The position numbers were made by a program, and so were the translations under genes. Below the pieces are notes generated by a model. The model had not been told where the DNA came from. It made no database searches and saw only the letters and a program-made list of their open reading frames with translations. Below, piece after piece: positions 26,304 through 36,139 of a stretch of 48,202 nt of DNA; position 1 is the stretch's first letter, and every line of letters begins with the position of its first letter. Origin of the DNA: Limisphaerales bacterium (GTDB lineage Bacteria > Verrucomicrobiota > Verrucomicrobiia > Limisphaerales > SIBE01); assembly GCA_044225505.1 (NCBI GenBank), contig JBGAIN010000044.1, positions 1 to 48,202 of the forward strand, read 5' to 3'.

Positions 26304-28004
26304 CTAATGTGGGCGATCTATCATCGCTCCGGAACGGAGCACATAATATGGTATCAAGTGTCTCTGGGTAACCGCCACTCGTTGGTTCGAGTCAAGCCAT
26401 TCCATGAAGTCACGCGCCCGCCATCGGCTGCTGGCATAGGCCGTTGGATCAAGTTTCTCGGGGAAGTGGGGCACAAGCGCTCGCTCCGTGCCGGCAAAAA
26501 CCAGCGGTGTCGTGCCGGCCAAGAGCGGAGTCTGCGCGTCGGCAGCCAGGGGAACCACCGTCAGTCTTCCCTCCGACAAGACGCGTATTTGCGCTTGGTA
26601 AGACGGGGACATGTTCAACGCGTAGACGCGCGTCCGTGTTCCTGGGTCCAAGTCGAGAGTTGCGACCAGCGCAGGGGCAGGAGATTGAGAAAACACCGGA
26701 CGCCAAAAAAACTCCACGCACCAGAAACATGCCAGTGGGAGCAACGCCAAGGCCAGCGTTAAGGCCCAATAAGCTTTCCGGCGCAGGATCATTCCTGCAG
26801 TCCCGCTTGCTGCAATCAAGAGCAGACCGCCAGCCGCCAGCCGCCCATGCGCAATGGCGCCAGCGACAAGCAGAAGCAGGCCTGCCAGACCGAGCACCAT
26901 CGCGGCGCTGGCGATAATCTTGATCGTCCAATCCCGGAATCGATCGACGGCTTCGTAACGCGCGAGCATGAGCGCCAGAAGAATAGAAAGAAACGGGTAA
27001 GCGACACTCATGTAGCGCGTCCGATGAGAGTCGCCAAAGATGAATGGCGTGACGATGAACAGGAACCAGCCCAGGAGAAACCAGCATTTCGAGCGATGTT
27101 CGTTCCAGGCGGCCGCACCCGTCCGGCGGTCAATCCAGAGCCCAAGTAGCAGCAAGGCTGACCAGGGCAAGAAGTGACGCAGCACTCCTGTCCCGTAAGC
27201 CCAAAGATTGCTCAGACTGTCGAGGAAGACATACGTCCGAATGTTTTCCGTGACTTGATCATAATAGAAACCGTCGATCAGGGCTTGGCCATGGAGCCAA
27301 AGCATGGCACCGAACCATGCTCCCGCGACGATCAATCCGAGGACCAGGGCTTTCCATTCGATCAAGTCTCGCAATCGTGTTTGGCGCCGGCGAAAGATCA
27401 GGCAGTAAACGAATGGGTACACCGCCACGCCGAGTCCAGGCAGGCCGCGCGTTTCCACCGCGAGCGCCGCTCCAATGTAAGCCAGGCCGTAGTCTCGCCA
27501 GGAAGGTTGGTCCGAGAAAATTAATTGCGCAAAACCCACAAGGCTCAGCAGCACAAACAGGCATAACAGAGCGTCGGGCGTCGAACGGAGTGAAATGGTC
27601 AAAAGCTGGACGTTGGAACCCATGATCAAAGCGGCTAGAGCCGCTTCTTTGGGACGTCCGAACAGCTTTAAGCAAAGTCGATAGGTCAGCGCGATCACTG
27701 AACAACCCGCGAGCATAAACACGATGCGCGAGCCCAGGAAGCTGACACCGAAGACGCTATATCCCGCCAGCACGGCCCAATACGGCAAAATCGGTTTCGC
27801 AAAGCGAAGCGCTCCGTTGGCGGCATACGGGGTGAGGTAGTCGCCGGTCTGGCTCATCCGAATCGCGGCGTCGGTATAGAAGCATTCATCCCCATGATAC
27901 TTCGCAATGCCCGGAAGCAAGCAGAGCAAGCTCAACGAAACGGCCAGCAGCAACCCACGAACCTGCCAGCGAGGATCTTCTAGAAATGGAAGTTTCAAGC
28001 CCAT
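26304..28004 (-). CDS. ArnT/GT39-like (PMT family) membrane glycosyltransferase
   Basis: DE.FY..AA..M...GDYLTP..NG..RF.KP.L.YW, SR, TPD, ~13 TMs. Start ATG 28004. Confidence 0.88.
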   Translation of the reverse strand: MGLKLPFLEDPRWQVRGLLLAVSLSLLCLLPGIAKYHGDECFYTDAAIRMSQTGDYLTPYAANGALRFAKPILPYWAVLAGYSVFGVSFLGSRIVFMLAGCSVIALTYRLCLKLFGRPKEAALAALIMGSNVQLLTISLRSTPDALLCLFVLLSLVGFAQLIFSDQPSWRDYGLAYIGAALAVETRGLPGLGVAVYPFVYCLIFRRRQTRLRDLIEWKALVLGLIVAGAWFGAMLWLHGQALIDGFYYDQVTENIRTYVFLDSLSNLWAYGTGVLRHFLPWSALLLLGLWIDRRTGAAAWNEHRSKCWFLLGWFLFIVTPFIFGDSHRTRYMSVAYPFLSILLALMLARYEAVDRFRDWTIKIIASAAMVLGLAGLLLLVAGAIAHGRLAAGGLLLIAASGTAGMILRRKAYWALTLALALLPLACFWCVEFFWRPVFSQSPAPALVATLDLDPGTRTRVYALNMSPSYQAQIRVLSEGRLTVVPLAADAQTPLLAGTTPLVFAGTERALVPHFPEKLDPTAYASSRWRARDFMEWLDSNQRVAVTQRHLIPYYVLRSGAMIDRPH

Positions 28005-28042
28005 GCTCAGGGACGCGCGACCGCGTCTCAAATGCGAGGTTG

Positions 28043-28915
28043 CTAGTCGCTCAGACAGCGGGGATGTCCGTTGCGGCGCCCTAGCCAATATCGCGGAGGT
28101 TCATAATGATTCTCTGCCGTGAACGGCTCGGTGAAGGATTCGCCGACAAGATCGGATCGGACAAAAAACGCGTTCGCACCGAACATTTCGCACCCTACCA
28201 GGGCGTAGCCAAGGGTTCGTCCCAGCTCTTCGTAGGCCTTGAGGCTAGCTCCAAAATGGGCGGTCCCATTCCAAACCTTTTCGGGATGGTAAGGCACCTT
28301 CCAATCCTGATTGGGCGGATATAAGGAGTTGTACTCGACAACGACCAGCCGCGCTCGAACGTTCGACAACGCTTGCCAGATATACCATGTGTTCCGGTCG
28401 ACATCGATCGAGAGCAGATCGGGCTCTAAACCTGCTTGGAGCTGTTCCACCGAGGCGGCGACGTTTTCCGCTGTGACCAGGGTTTGCTGCAGAGCGAGTT
28501 GCTTGGACTGGAGTTTTTCTCGGAAGGCATTTTGGATCCGTGAGATGGAATTCGCATCGGCTTCCAGCCAGCCGCCCCGCCAGCCTTGCATCAAAAGGTA
28601 GGTGGTGTTGTTCTCCATCCCGTCGCCAACGCCAATCTCCACGAAAGTCCGCGCAGGACTCCCGATCCGGCGAAAGATCTCCGCGATGACACCGTCCTCG
28701 CCATTTTGAGAGTAAACCTGGTGTTCAAAACGCTGCAGACGTCGGGGATCCTGGTAGCGAGGATTGTGCAACAGCTGTGAGGCAACGAACTGGTGTTGGA
28801 GCAGGGCGGTTTGGGCAGCCGCGGCGCTCTCCAAAGCAGCGAGCGATTCGCGCATGGCGAGCCACTCACGAATCACAGGGATCCGGCCCAGGAAACCTTT
28901 GCGTTTGGAACTCAT
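28043..28915 (-). CDS. FkbM-like SAM-dependent methyltransferase
   Basis: YSQNGEDG, FVEIGVGDG.ENNT, DLLSIDVDRN, VVEYN, GASL.A, NAFFV. Confidence 0.75.
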   Translation of the reverse strand: MSSKRKGFLGRIPVIREWLAMRESLAALESAAAAQTALLQHQFVASQLLHNPRYQDPRRLQRFEHQVYSQNGEDGVIAEIFRRIGSPARTFVEIGVGDGMENNTTYLLMQGWRGGWLEADANSISRIQNAFREKLQSKQLALQQTLVTAENVAASVEQLQAGLEPDLLSIDVDRNTWYIWQALSNVRARLVVVEYNSLYPPNQDWKVPYHPEKVWNGTAHFGASLKAYEELGRTLGYALVGCEMFGANAFFVRSDLVGESFTEPFTAENHYEPPRYWLGRRNGHPRCLSD

Positions 28916-28938
28916 GCGTTATCGGAGGGAGAGCATGC

Positions 28939-30044
28939 CTATTTGCGGCGGACCGTGCCAGTCCCAGTTTGTCGTCCCGCGAGCGCTCGTTCGTAGGCCG
29001 TCCGAGTCTGAGCAGCTGTGATCTTCCAGGAAAACGCCTCCGCTCGAGTCCGTCCGGCTCGACCCCAACTCCCCCGCGCGGGCACGTCGGTGAGAAGATG
29101 TTCCATGGCCTTGACGAATCCTGGCGTGTCGTCCGGCTCGACGTAGACCGCGGCCTCACCGCCAACCTCTGGCAAGCTGGCGCATCGGGTCGTAATGACT
29201 GGGCATCCAAACGACATCGCTTCCAGGACCGGCAAACCGAAACCCTCGTAACGGCTGGGATAAATCAAGGCGGCGGCTTCGGAATAAAACGCTGCCAAGC
29301 GATAGTCGTCGCCGCGCTCGGTGAGCACGCGGTCCTGAACGCCATTTTCGGCAAGCAGAAGCTGCTCCTCAAAGTTCAACGGTTCACCGCCGAAGCAGAC
29401 AAGCTTGACCGCTGCATGGCGTCGAGCCAGGTGGCTGAACGCTTCCAAAGCGCGCAAGCCGTTCTTGTAACCGCCAAATCCTCAGGGCGAGGCGCTGGCA
29501 GGGACGCGGCGAGAAGAATCACGGCGGTGCGACCGGTGACCTCGGAGACGTGAGCGAGCAGGTCTTGCTCGGTGTGGGACGAGATGCATATTGCCAGATC
29601 GGCCAACGCCAAGCCGCGTCGTTTCAGTGCTAGACTACGCTTCCGGGTCAGTTCGTCGCAGAGCACCTCGGCAATCATGTCAAACACCGTCAAACAGGTG
29701 GCATCGGCGCGCCGGGCAATCCAAGGGTCTACGTCATAGTGAGTAGAGTGGTAGATGATCGGTGAGCCACGGCGCCGGACCTGAGCGAAATCCCATCGCC
29801 GCCAGAACCGGCTGAGATGTGCCAAGGCTTTATTGATCCGTAAGTGGTCTCGGCGAAGCGAGCTGCGGACCGTGACATTGGCGGCCCGCCGCAGACTGGG
29901 CAGGTAAGCGTTACGCGTGATGCCGCCGAACACATGGCAGGGAATGCCACAAGCACCGAGCGCCTGGGCGAGTTCGGTAAAGTAGCGGGATATGCCGCCC
30001 TGCTCCTGGCCCATGAAAGTCTGTTCGTCAAAAAAGACGTGCAT
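28939..30044 (-). pseudogene. GT4 glycosyltransferase split by frameshift/deletion near 29475
   Basis: N-half (QEQGGISRYF...CISSHT..DL) in one frame; C-half (GGYKN...YPSRYEGFGLPVLEAM...SLPEVGG...FSW) in another. The intervening LYVG-type strand is missing. Confidence 0.85.
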
Positions 30045-30970
30045 CAGCCAGGGCTCCGAAGAGTCTCGTAGAATTGTTGTTCACGCTTCGAAAACTCGAG
30101 CACCAGAGACGCATGACGCGGCGCAAATGCGGCGACGTCATAATAGCAGCCCGGTCGCTGCGCCGCATAGGCGTTGAGTTGGTGGAGGATCGAGGGCTCA
30201 TTGACGGGAAACTGACCAACCCAAAACCCCAAATTATCATAAAAAAACACCTGGTCGTAACCCCACTGACTTAACCATGACCATCCGGCATTAGGATCCT
30301 GACCTGCCCCGGCTAAGAGCACGGGATCCTGCTCAAAAAAGAGGATGGGCTGAACTTGTTGAATCCAACTTCGCGCTCCGCGAAGCACGTGCCAGTCGTA
30401 TCCGTCCACATCCACTTTGAGCAGTTGGGCCGATCGGAATTGTGGATACTCTTCGATGATACTATCAAGGGTACGCATGCCAACAGTCGCGGAATCGACG
30501 GCGCGACTGACAACCTTGGCCGTCCCGCCCTCCGCGATCAGTTGGCCTTCCGACTGTCCGATGGAATCCGAAAGCATGGCGGCAACACACACGGCGCCCC
30601 GTAAATCCGCAGTGTTCTCGCGAAGGAGCGAGAAGTAGGCGGGGTTACCTTCAATCAATAAACAGGCATCCTCCGAGCTTACCCCCATGATCGCGAGTGA
30701 ATCGCCGATGTTAGCGCCGACATCCACCATCCGCAGCTGCCCTGCACTTTGGCGCAGCGCCGCCGCGAGTCGTTGAAGATTGGATGAGTAAGTCGGAAAC
30801 TCGCGCCGGTAAAAAGGCAATTGATGCGACAGGTTCACTCGCAGCGTGCGGCCGTTGAGCTCCCAGCGAACGAGCGGGTCCGAAAACCTCAAGAGCCAGC
30901 GGCGCAGGCGGCGACAAAGCCGACCCTTTTCACCCGAGGACAAGGCTCCATTGAAAATGGTCTGAAACAT
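30044..30970 (-). CDS. FkbM family methyltransferase
   Basis: VDVGANIGD, IEG, TLD, LLKVDVDGYD..VL.GA, P.LFFE. Confidence 0.88.
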   Translation of the reverse strand: MFQTIFNGALSSGEKGRLCRRLRRWLLRFSDPLVRWELNGRTLRVNLSHQLPFYRREFPTYSSNLQRLAAALRQSAGQLRMVDVGANIGDSLAIMGVSSEDACLLIEGNPAYFSLLRENTADLRGAVCVAAMLSDSIGQSEGQLIAEGGTAKVVSRAVDSATVGMRTLDSIIEEYPQFRSAQLLKVDVDGYDWHVLRGARSWIQQVQPILFFEQDPVLLAGAGQDPNAGWSWLSQWGYDQVFFYDNLGFWVGQFPVNEPSILHQLNAYAAQRPGCYYDVAAFAPRHASLVLEFSKREQQFYETLRSPG

Positions 30971-30982
30971 TTTACAGCGAAT

Positions 30983-31786
30983 TCAGCCCGGGGTTCGCGA
31001 GTTTTGTGCAGGAGTTGCCTGGGCGGCCAAAAGCCGCTGGTAGTCCGCATCGATGAGACTCGGCTTGGGACGGCGCCAATTGGTCCACTGGACATACCGG
31101 CGTTTGGTCGCTCGCCGAAACTGCGCTGGAGTGATCGATCGGGACGTCAGCAAGTGCAACTCTCCAGCGGAACAGAGATTGAGGTGGAAGCGTCGGGCGA
31201 GACATTCCAAGGCGTTGAGGCTGTAAAATGCGACATGCTGGCCGTGCTCCAGCCCATAGTACCACCAATGGCCGGGAGTGGGATTACTGGCGGGCATAAG
31301 TACTGTCGTAAACAAAATATTCGGCGCGTAACGAAGCATCTGCTCTACCTCTGCCGCGGGTTCCGTCAAGTGCTCGAAGACTTCAAACGCGGTCAGTAAT
31401 TCGTGGCGGCTTGGCTCTGCCTCAAATCCGCGCGCGAAGATGTTTTTGGCGAATTTGTCGGCCCAGCGAAAATCAAATCCGCCGTCGCGCATCAGCCGCA
31501 CGAACAATCCGGTGCCGCCGCCGTAATCGACAAAGGGGCCTGTTTCGTCGAAGAACTGCTTGAGCAATGCCTGGGTAATCGGAGCGAGCCGGAGATTGCG
31601 CGACACAGCGCCGACATCCAACCCGCTCAATGCTTCCTGGTAAGCCTCCGCCAGCCAGTAAGGCTTTTCCGTTTGGACAAAACCGCACGCTGCGCACCGA
31701 AAGTAATGCACCTTAAATCTGCCCAAGACCTGCGCCTGGCCAAACGGCGCTGCTTCCGATTCGCAAATGCCGCACGGAACTTTCAT
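30983..31786 (-). CDS. Class I SAM-dependent methyltransferase with N-terminal CxxC...CxxC
   Basis: CGIC...CAACG, DYGGGTG, FEVFEHL..P, WWYY..EHGQH. Start ATG 31786 overlaps the upstream stop. Confidence 0.87.
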   Translation of the reverse strand: MKVPCGICESEAAPFGQAQVLGRFKVHYFRCAACGFVQTEKPYWLAEAYQEALSGLDVGAVSRNLRLAPITQALLKQFFDETGPFVDYGGGTGLFVRLMRDGGFDFRWADKFAKNIFARGFEAEPSRHELLTAFEVFEHLTEPAAEVEQMLRYAPNILFTTVLMPASNPTPGHWWYYGLEHGQHVAFYSLNALECLARRFHLNLCSAGELHLLTSRSITPAQFRRATKRRYVQWTNWRRPKPSLIDADYQRLLAAQATPAQNSRTPG

Positions 31787-32832
31787 GACCGAGAGTAGAC
31801 TCCTGAGCTCACTTTCGGCTCCGAGCCGGCTTTGACGGTGGACCCGCTCGCCCGGGCTGCGGCCGCCTGCAGCGCCTGCTGCTTGAGTGTATGCAAGCGG
31901 CGCGCGCAAGCACTTCGCTGGTTGCGGACGGCCCACGCGTGCGGCCGCAAGCTCCAAGGCCAGCGCGCCTTCCGCAACCGATCGAATTCTTCTTTAGCGT
32001 CCATGTATCCGGTTAGCGCACTCTGAAACTCATCCCAGCGCGCTAGCTGCAGTTCCGCTTGCGTCATCGCGCCCTCCGCCAGCCATCCTTGGACGGCTGC
32101 TGCCAAGATGGCATCCGCGCGCGCAATGCCTGGACGAGGGCGATTCTCGGACTGTGAGGCCGCGGTGGGATGAAGCAAGAACGTGGAAAACGTTCCAGGC
32201 AGGACAGACCAGCGGCAACGCCCGGCCTGTCGCAGACTCCAGATCCCGTCTCCTGCCGTCCCAAATTCCGTGGGGAAGGGAACCTTGTGCAGGAGCTCCG
32301 TGCGGAAAAGGTTGCTGGCACAGCTGCCTGTCAGGGCTTGGCTGGCGTGCACCGCCGCAAATGCGAGCATTTCGATCGGGTCCATCAGCCGCGGTTTTTC
32401 GATCTGAAGGCTTTCGACCATGTCATCGATCGGCCACCGGACGGATACTAGCTCTCCATTCGGCTTGCGGAATGCCGGTTTGCTAATGACGACATCGCTC
32501 TTCTGAGAAAGGGCGCAGTCCAAGAGGGCTTCGATTCCTTCGCGAGTGATCGTGTCGCCGACGGTGGCAATGTAAGCGTGGGTCGTAGTCAACCGAGAGA
32601 GCCCTGCGTTCCAGGATTGATAGAGTCCCGGTGGATGAGAGTGCCACTGCCAGTTCAGATGAGCCAACCGTTGGTGCACAATCTCTTTCGTGCCGTCGGT
32701 CGAATCGCTGTCAATGACGATGATTTCGTCGGCAAGGTCCAGCCAGCGCGTGAGTGCCGCCAAGTGGTCCGGAAGCAGGGAAGCGGAATTACGCGTGGGG
32801 ATGAGCACGCCTAGCGAAGCCTGGCGCTTCAT
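31783..32832 (-). CDS. GT2 family glycosyltransferase
   Basis: LIPTRNS, IDSDSTDGT, GLYQSWN.G. Confidence 0.8.
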   Translation of the reverse strand: MKRQASLGVLIPTRNSASLLPDHLAALTRWLDLADEIIVIDSDSTDGTKEIVHQRLAHLNWQWHSHPPGLYQSWNAGLSRLTTTHAYIATVGDTITREGIEALLDCALSQKSDVVISKPAFRKPNGELVSVRWPIDDMVESLQIEKPRLMDPIEMLAFAAVHASQALTGSCASNLFRTELLHKVPFPTEFGTAGDGIWSLRQAGRCRWSVLPGTFSTFLLHPTAASQSENRPRPGIARADAILAAAVQGWLAEGAMTQAELQLARWDEFQSALTGYMDAKEEFDRLRKARWPWSLRPHAWAVRNQRSACARRLHTLKQQALQAAAARASGSTVKAGSEPKVSSGVYSRS

Positions 32833-33045
32833 ACACCCACTCCGTGACCACGCGCTTCACCTGTTCTCATGCCAGCCATTGTCGGAGCATGTTTCAAGTC
32901 GCCCCCACGGTTAGCAAGCAAAGAATGCGCCGCGCTCCGCTATCCGCATGGATTGACACCTGGCAAACGCCTCTCTACGGTGACGCGCATCGGCCAGGCC
33001 GTGCGCCAAGCGCGGACTTGGTTCGACTTGCGCTCAACCGAACTG

Positions 33046-34779
33046 ATGTCCGCATCGTCAACCTTGTCCAGTCCTCGCTCTGGGAATGCCACCACCGAAA
33101 CGTGGCGGGCTATCGCCGCTATTTTCCTGGTGGCCGGGTTGCTCTTTGGGATTCGCCTCGCCGGACCGCCGAACTTACTTGATCAGGACCAGGAGAATCC
33201 AGCGACCTACGTGCTGGATGCACTTAAGAATGGTAATTGGCTCTGTCAACGCGATCTGGCGGGGAATATCAGCTCGAAGCCACCGGTCTATACCTGGCTG
33301 GCTGCGCTGCCCAGTTGGCTAACCGGGCGGGTCAGCCTTTTTACGCTTTATCTGCCTGGAGCCCTGGCTCTCTTCGGGAGTGCGTCGCTCGTCTTCCTGT
33401 TGGGGCGGTCTCAGTTCACACCCCGCGCGGGCTTTCTGGGTGCCATGGGCTGTCTTATCTGCACGGCGGGAATGAAGGAGCTCGGTCTGGCGCGAACGGA
33501 CGGAGTCTTTGCTTTTAGCGTCACGTGCGGCGCCTTCTTGGCTTACCACGTCTGGACGGAACGACGAAGCTGGACTGGCTTCTGGCTGGTTGCAGCGATG
33601 GGAACATTGACGAAAGGCCCGCTTGCGTTGCTCCTAAGCGCCGCAGGGCTGCTGGCCGTATTCTGGGAGCGAGGGTCCGAGGAACGTCGACCTTTAAAAG
33701 GGTCGCATCTCCGCGGCGTCATGTTGTACTTGTTACTGACGGGTGGCTGGCTGGCGTTGGCTTGCTGGCAGCTCGGCTATCCCGTCCTGGATCGGCTCAT
33801 TCTGCGGGAACTGCTTTTCCACGCCGTGGAGGGAGAAAACAAGAAGCTGCCCGGCTCGTTAATCTACCTTTCGCCACTCTATTACTTGGCCCGAGCCGCT
33901 CCGTGGAGTGTGTTTGCGTATTACGGACTTTGGCGCATCTATCGCACTCCCTCCGCTGATTTGGGGGCGCGCCGCTTGGAACGCTTCCTGTTTTGCTGGT
34001 TTGGCGCGGGATTGCTCTTGTTCAGCATGTCCCCGCATCAACGCGGTGACCTACTTTGGCCAATCATGCCCGCAGCGGCTCTGATCGCGGGTCGCGAGAT
34101 CGACCGACTGCTCGATCGGTGGCCCAAAACCGCGGGCAATCGCTGGATCGTGGGTGGGCTGGCGCTGAGCATTGTCGTATTCGGATTCTATTTTGTTGGG
34201 GCAAGAGTCAAGAACCCGATGGTTCGGCAAACCATCGCCACCCGCGAGCTGGCTCGGGAGATCGAGCGGGTCGGCGGACGAGAATTCCCACTCTCGCACA
34301 CCGACAATCCTCCAGGTTTGCAGGTCTACCTGAACACCTATCGGCCGCCGATCACGTTGGAGCAAGCCGCGCAGCTGCTGGCAGGATCGAATCCCGTGTT
34401 TATCGCTGTCAATGATACGAATCGATTAACGGCCTTGTGCCAGTCGAACAACACTCCTTTCTTTACCCTCTTGGACGACCATGGCCCCGTCGGCAAACTG
34501 CGCACCCGGATCGTGAGCAATTCTCCCCGCATGGCTGCTCCGGCCGCAGCCGCGCTGGGCGTGGGTCCTTGGTCATTGCGAACGAGCCGTCGTTTGAACG
34601 TGGTGACGGACCAATTCATCGCGGTCTCGAACGCTGTGTCTGGAGACCTTCTAACCGTCACTCATTGGGGCACTGAATCGCGTTCGTTGAAGGTCACGTT
34701 GGAGGGGCTCGGAAACAAACGAACGTTGGTGCGCACATTGTCGCCCGGCGACTCGTGGCAGATTCCATCGAGTCCGTGA
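33046..34779 (+). CDS. ArnT/GT39-like membrane glycosyltransferase
   Basis: DQE....Y......GNW, KPP.Y.W, ARTD, LTKGP, multiple TMs, soluble C-terminal domain. Start ATG 33046. Confidence 0.82.
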   Translation: MSASSTLSSPRSGNATTETWRAIAAIFLVAGLLFGIRLAGPPNLLDQDQENPATYVLDALKNGNWLCQRDLAGNISSKPPVYTWLAALPSWLTGRVSLFTLYLPGALALFGSASLVFLLGRSQFTPRAGFLGAMGCLICTAGMKELGLARTDGVFAFSVTCGAFLAYHVWTERRSWTGFWLVAAMGTLTKGPLALLLSAAGLLAVFWERGSEERRPLKGSHLRGVMLYLLLTGGWLALACWQLGYPVLDRLILRELLFHAVEGENKKLPGSLIYLSPLYYLARAAPWSVFAYYGLWRIYRTPSADLGARRLERFLFCWFGAGLLLFSMSPHQRGDLLWPIMPAAALIAGREIDRLLDRWPKTAGNRWIVGGLALSIVVFGFYFVGARVKNPMVRQTIATRELAREIERVGGREFPLSHTDNPPGLQVYLNTYRPPITLEQAAQLLAGSNPVFIAVNDTNRLTALCQSNNTPFFTLLDDHGPVGKLRTRIVSNSPRMAAPAAAALGVGPWSLRTSRRLNVVTDQFIAVSNAVSGDLLTVTHWGTESRSLKVTLEGLGNKRTLVRTLSPGDSWQIPSSP

Positions 34780-34843
34780 TGCCCGCGCAGCGGCCTTGGA
34801 CTCGATCCCGCGCGGCAATCAGTCCGGGTTTCTCGGTCAAGCT

Positions 34844-36136
34844 TCAGACCTCGGCGTCCGCTCGGTAAAGCGTCTTCCTGGCGCTGCTGTACTTGAGCAG
34901 GCCCGCGTAGCGGCCCCAGGCCACCAGCGTTTGCAGAACGCGATGCGGCCGCTCATGAGGATAGAGCAACGTGATCTGACTGAGGAGGACTTCCTCTTCC
35001 AGTTCGTGGGTCTCGGACTGGTCGAGCATTCGGATAACCAGTCCGAAGAGCTGGACTTGCCGCAACTTGGCGTGCAGCAGTTCTTTTCGTGTATGAATGG
35101 CTGCAGCCGCGAAGCGTCTGCCCTCTCCAGTCAACTGGACGAGTTGTCCGGGGGTTTCGACCCAGCCGATCAACTCCGCGGCCTTCACGACCAAAAGCAT
35201 GTCCGTGAACTGTCGATCGATGTCTTGGGCTAATCGGAACAAATCCATGCGTCCACCCTTGCTCTCGATAATCTCCAAGAGACCCATGACCGATCCGATC
35301 GAGACGGGGGGTAGCGCCGGAATCGGGCCGGTCTGGTATGGAGCCAAGGCTGCTGGGGCCTGATCAGGCATGACGGCCTGAGTGATGACGGCATGGATTT
35401 CGTGGTTGAGCCGCTGGAATTTAGGGTCGTGTTCGTCGCGCGGGTAGGGCAGTGGGTTATCAATCACGGCGCGGAGCGTGGCTGGTTGCGGTCCCAGCAC
35501 CACGATGCGTGTGGCCATAAAGACCGCTTCACTGATGCTGTGGGTCACAATCAAGACGCTGTTTACCGGAGATTCTTTGCTTGTATATAGGTCGGTCACT
35601 TCGTTTCGGAGTGTCTCCGCCGTTAAGACGTCCAGCGCGCTGAAAGGCTCGTCCATGCACAAGAGTTCGGGTTCAACGACGAGGGCGCGGGCAATCCCAA
35701 CCCGTTGTTTCATGCCACCGGAAAGCTCTCGCGGATAGGCGTTCTCGAACCCGCCCAGACCAACCGCTCCTAAGGTTCGCCGAACGCGTGTGGCCCGTTG
35801 TTCGGCGGTGATGGGCAGGTTCGTTAGCCCCAGGGCAATGTTCTGTTCCACCGTCAGCCAGGGCAGGAGCGCAAAGTTCTGGAAGACCAGCGCTGCGGCA
35901 GGGTTGAGACCGGCCACGGTCTGCCCGCGAAAGCGAACCTCTCCGAGCGAGGGCGAGAGCAGCCCGATCAAGACTCGGAGGAGAGTGGACTTGCCGGATC
36001 CGGAAGGCCCGAGGATGGCCACGACCTCATTCTCGCGGATCTGTAGGTTGATATCATGGAGGATCTCCATGGTCCGCCCGTCGGCCAAGGCGAACGATTG
36101 GAAGATGTTCTTAGCTTCGAGCAGCAGCGTGGCCAT
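34844..36136 (-). CDS. NitT/TauT-type ABC ATP-binding protein with C-terminal AAA-associated domain
   Basis: [45 protein letters not shown]-terminal extension ending WGRYA.L..Y. Confidence 0.9.
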   Translation of the reverse strand: MATLLLEAKNIFQSFALADGRTMEILHDINLQIRENEVVAILGPSGSGKSTLLRVLIGLLSPSLGEVRFRGQTVAGLNPAAALVFQNFALLPWLTVEQNIALGLTNLPITAEQRATRVRRTLGAVGLGGFENAYPRELSGGMKQRVGIARALVVEPELLCMDEPFSALDVLTAETLRNEVTDLYTSKESPVNSVLIVTHSISEAVFMATRIVVLGPQPATLRAVIDNPLPYPRDEHDPKFQRLNHEIHAVITQAVMPDQAPAALAPYQTGPIPALPPVSIGSVMGLLEIIESKGGRMDLFRLAQDIDRQFTDMLLVVKAAELIGWVETPGQLVQLTGEGRRFAAAAIHTRKELLHAKLRQVQLFGLVIRMLDQSETHELEEEVLLSQITLLYPHERPHRVLQTLVAWGRYAGLLKYSSARKTLYRADAEV

Positions 36137-36139
36137 GGC

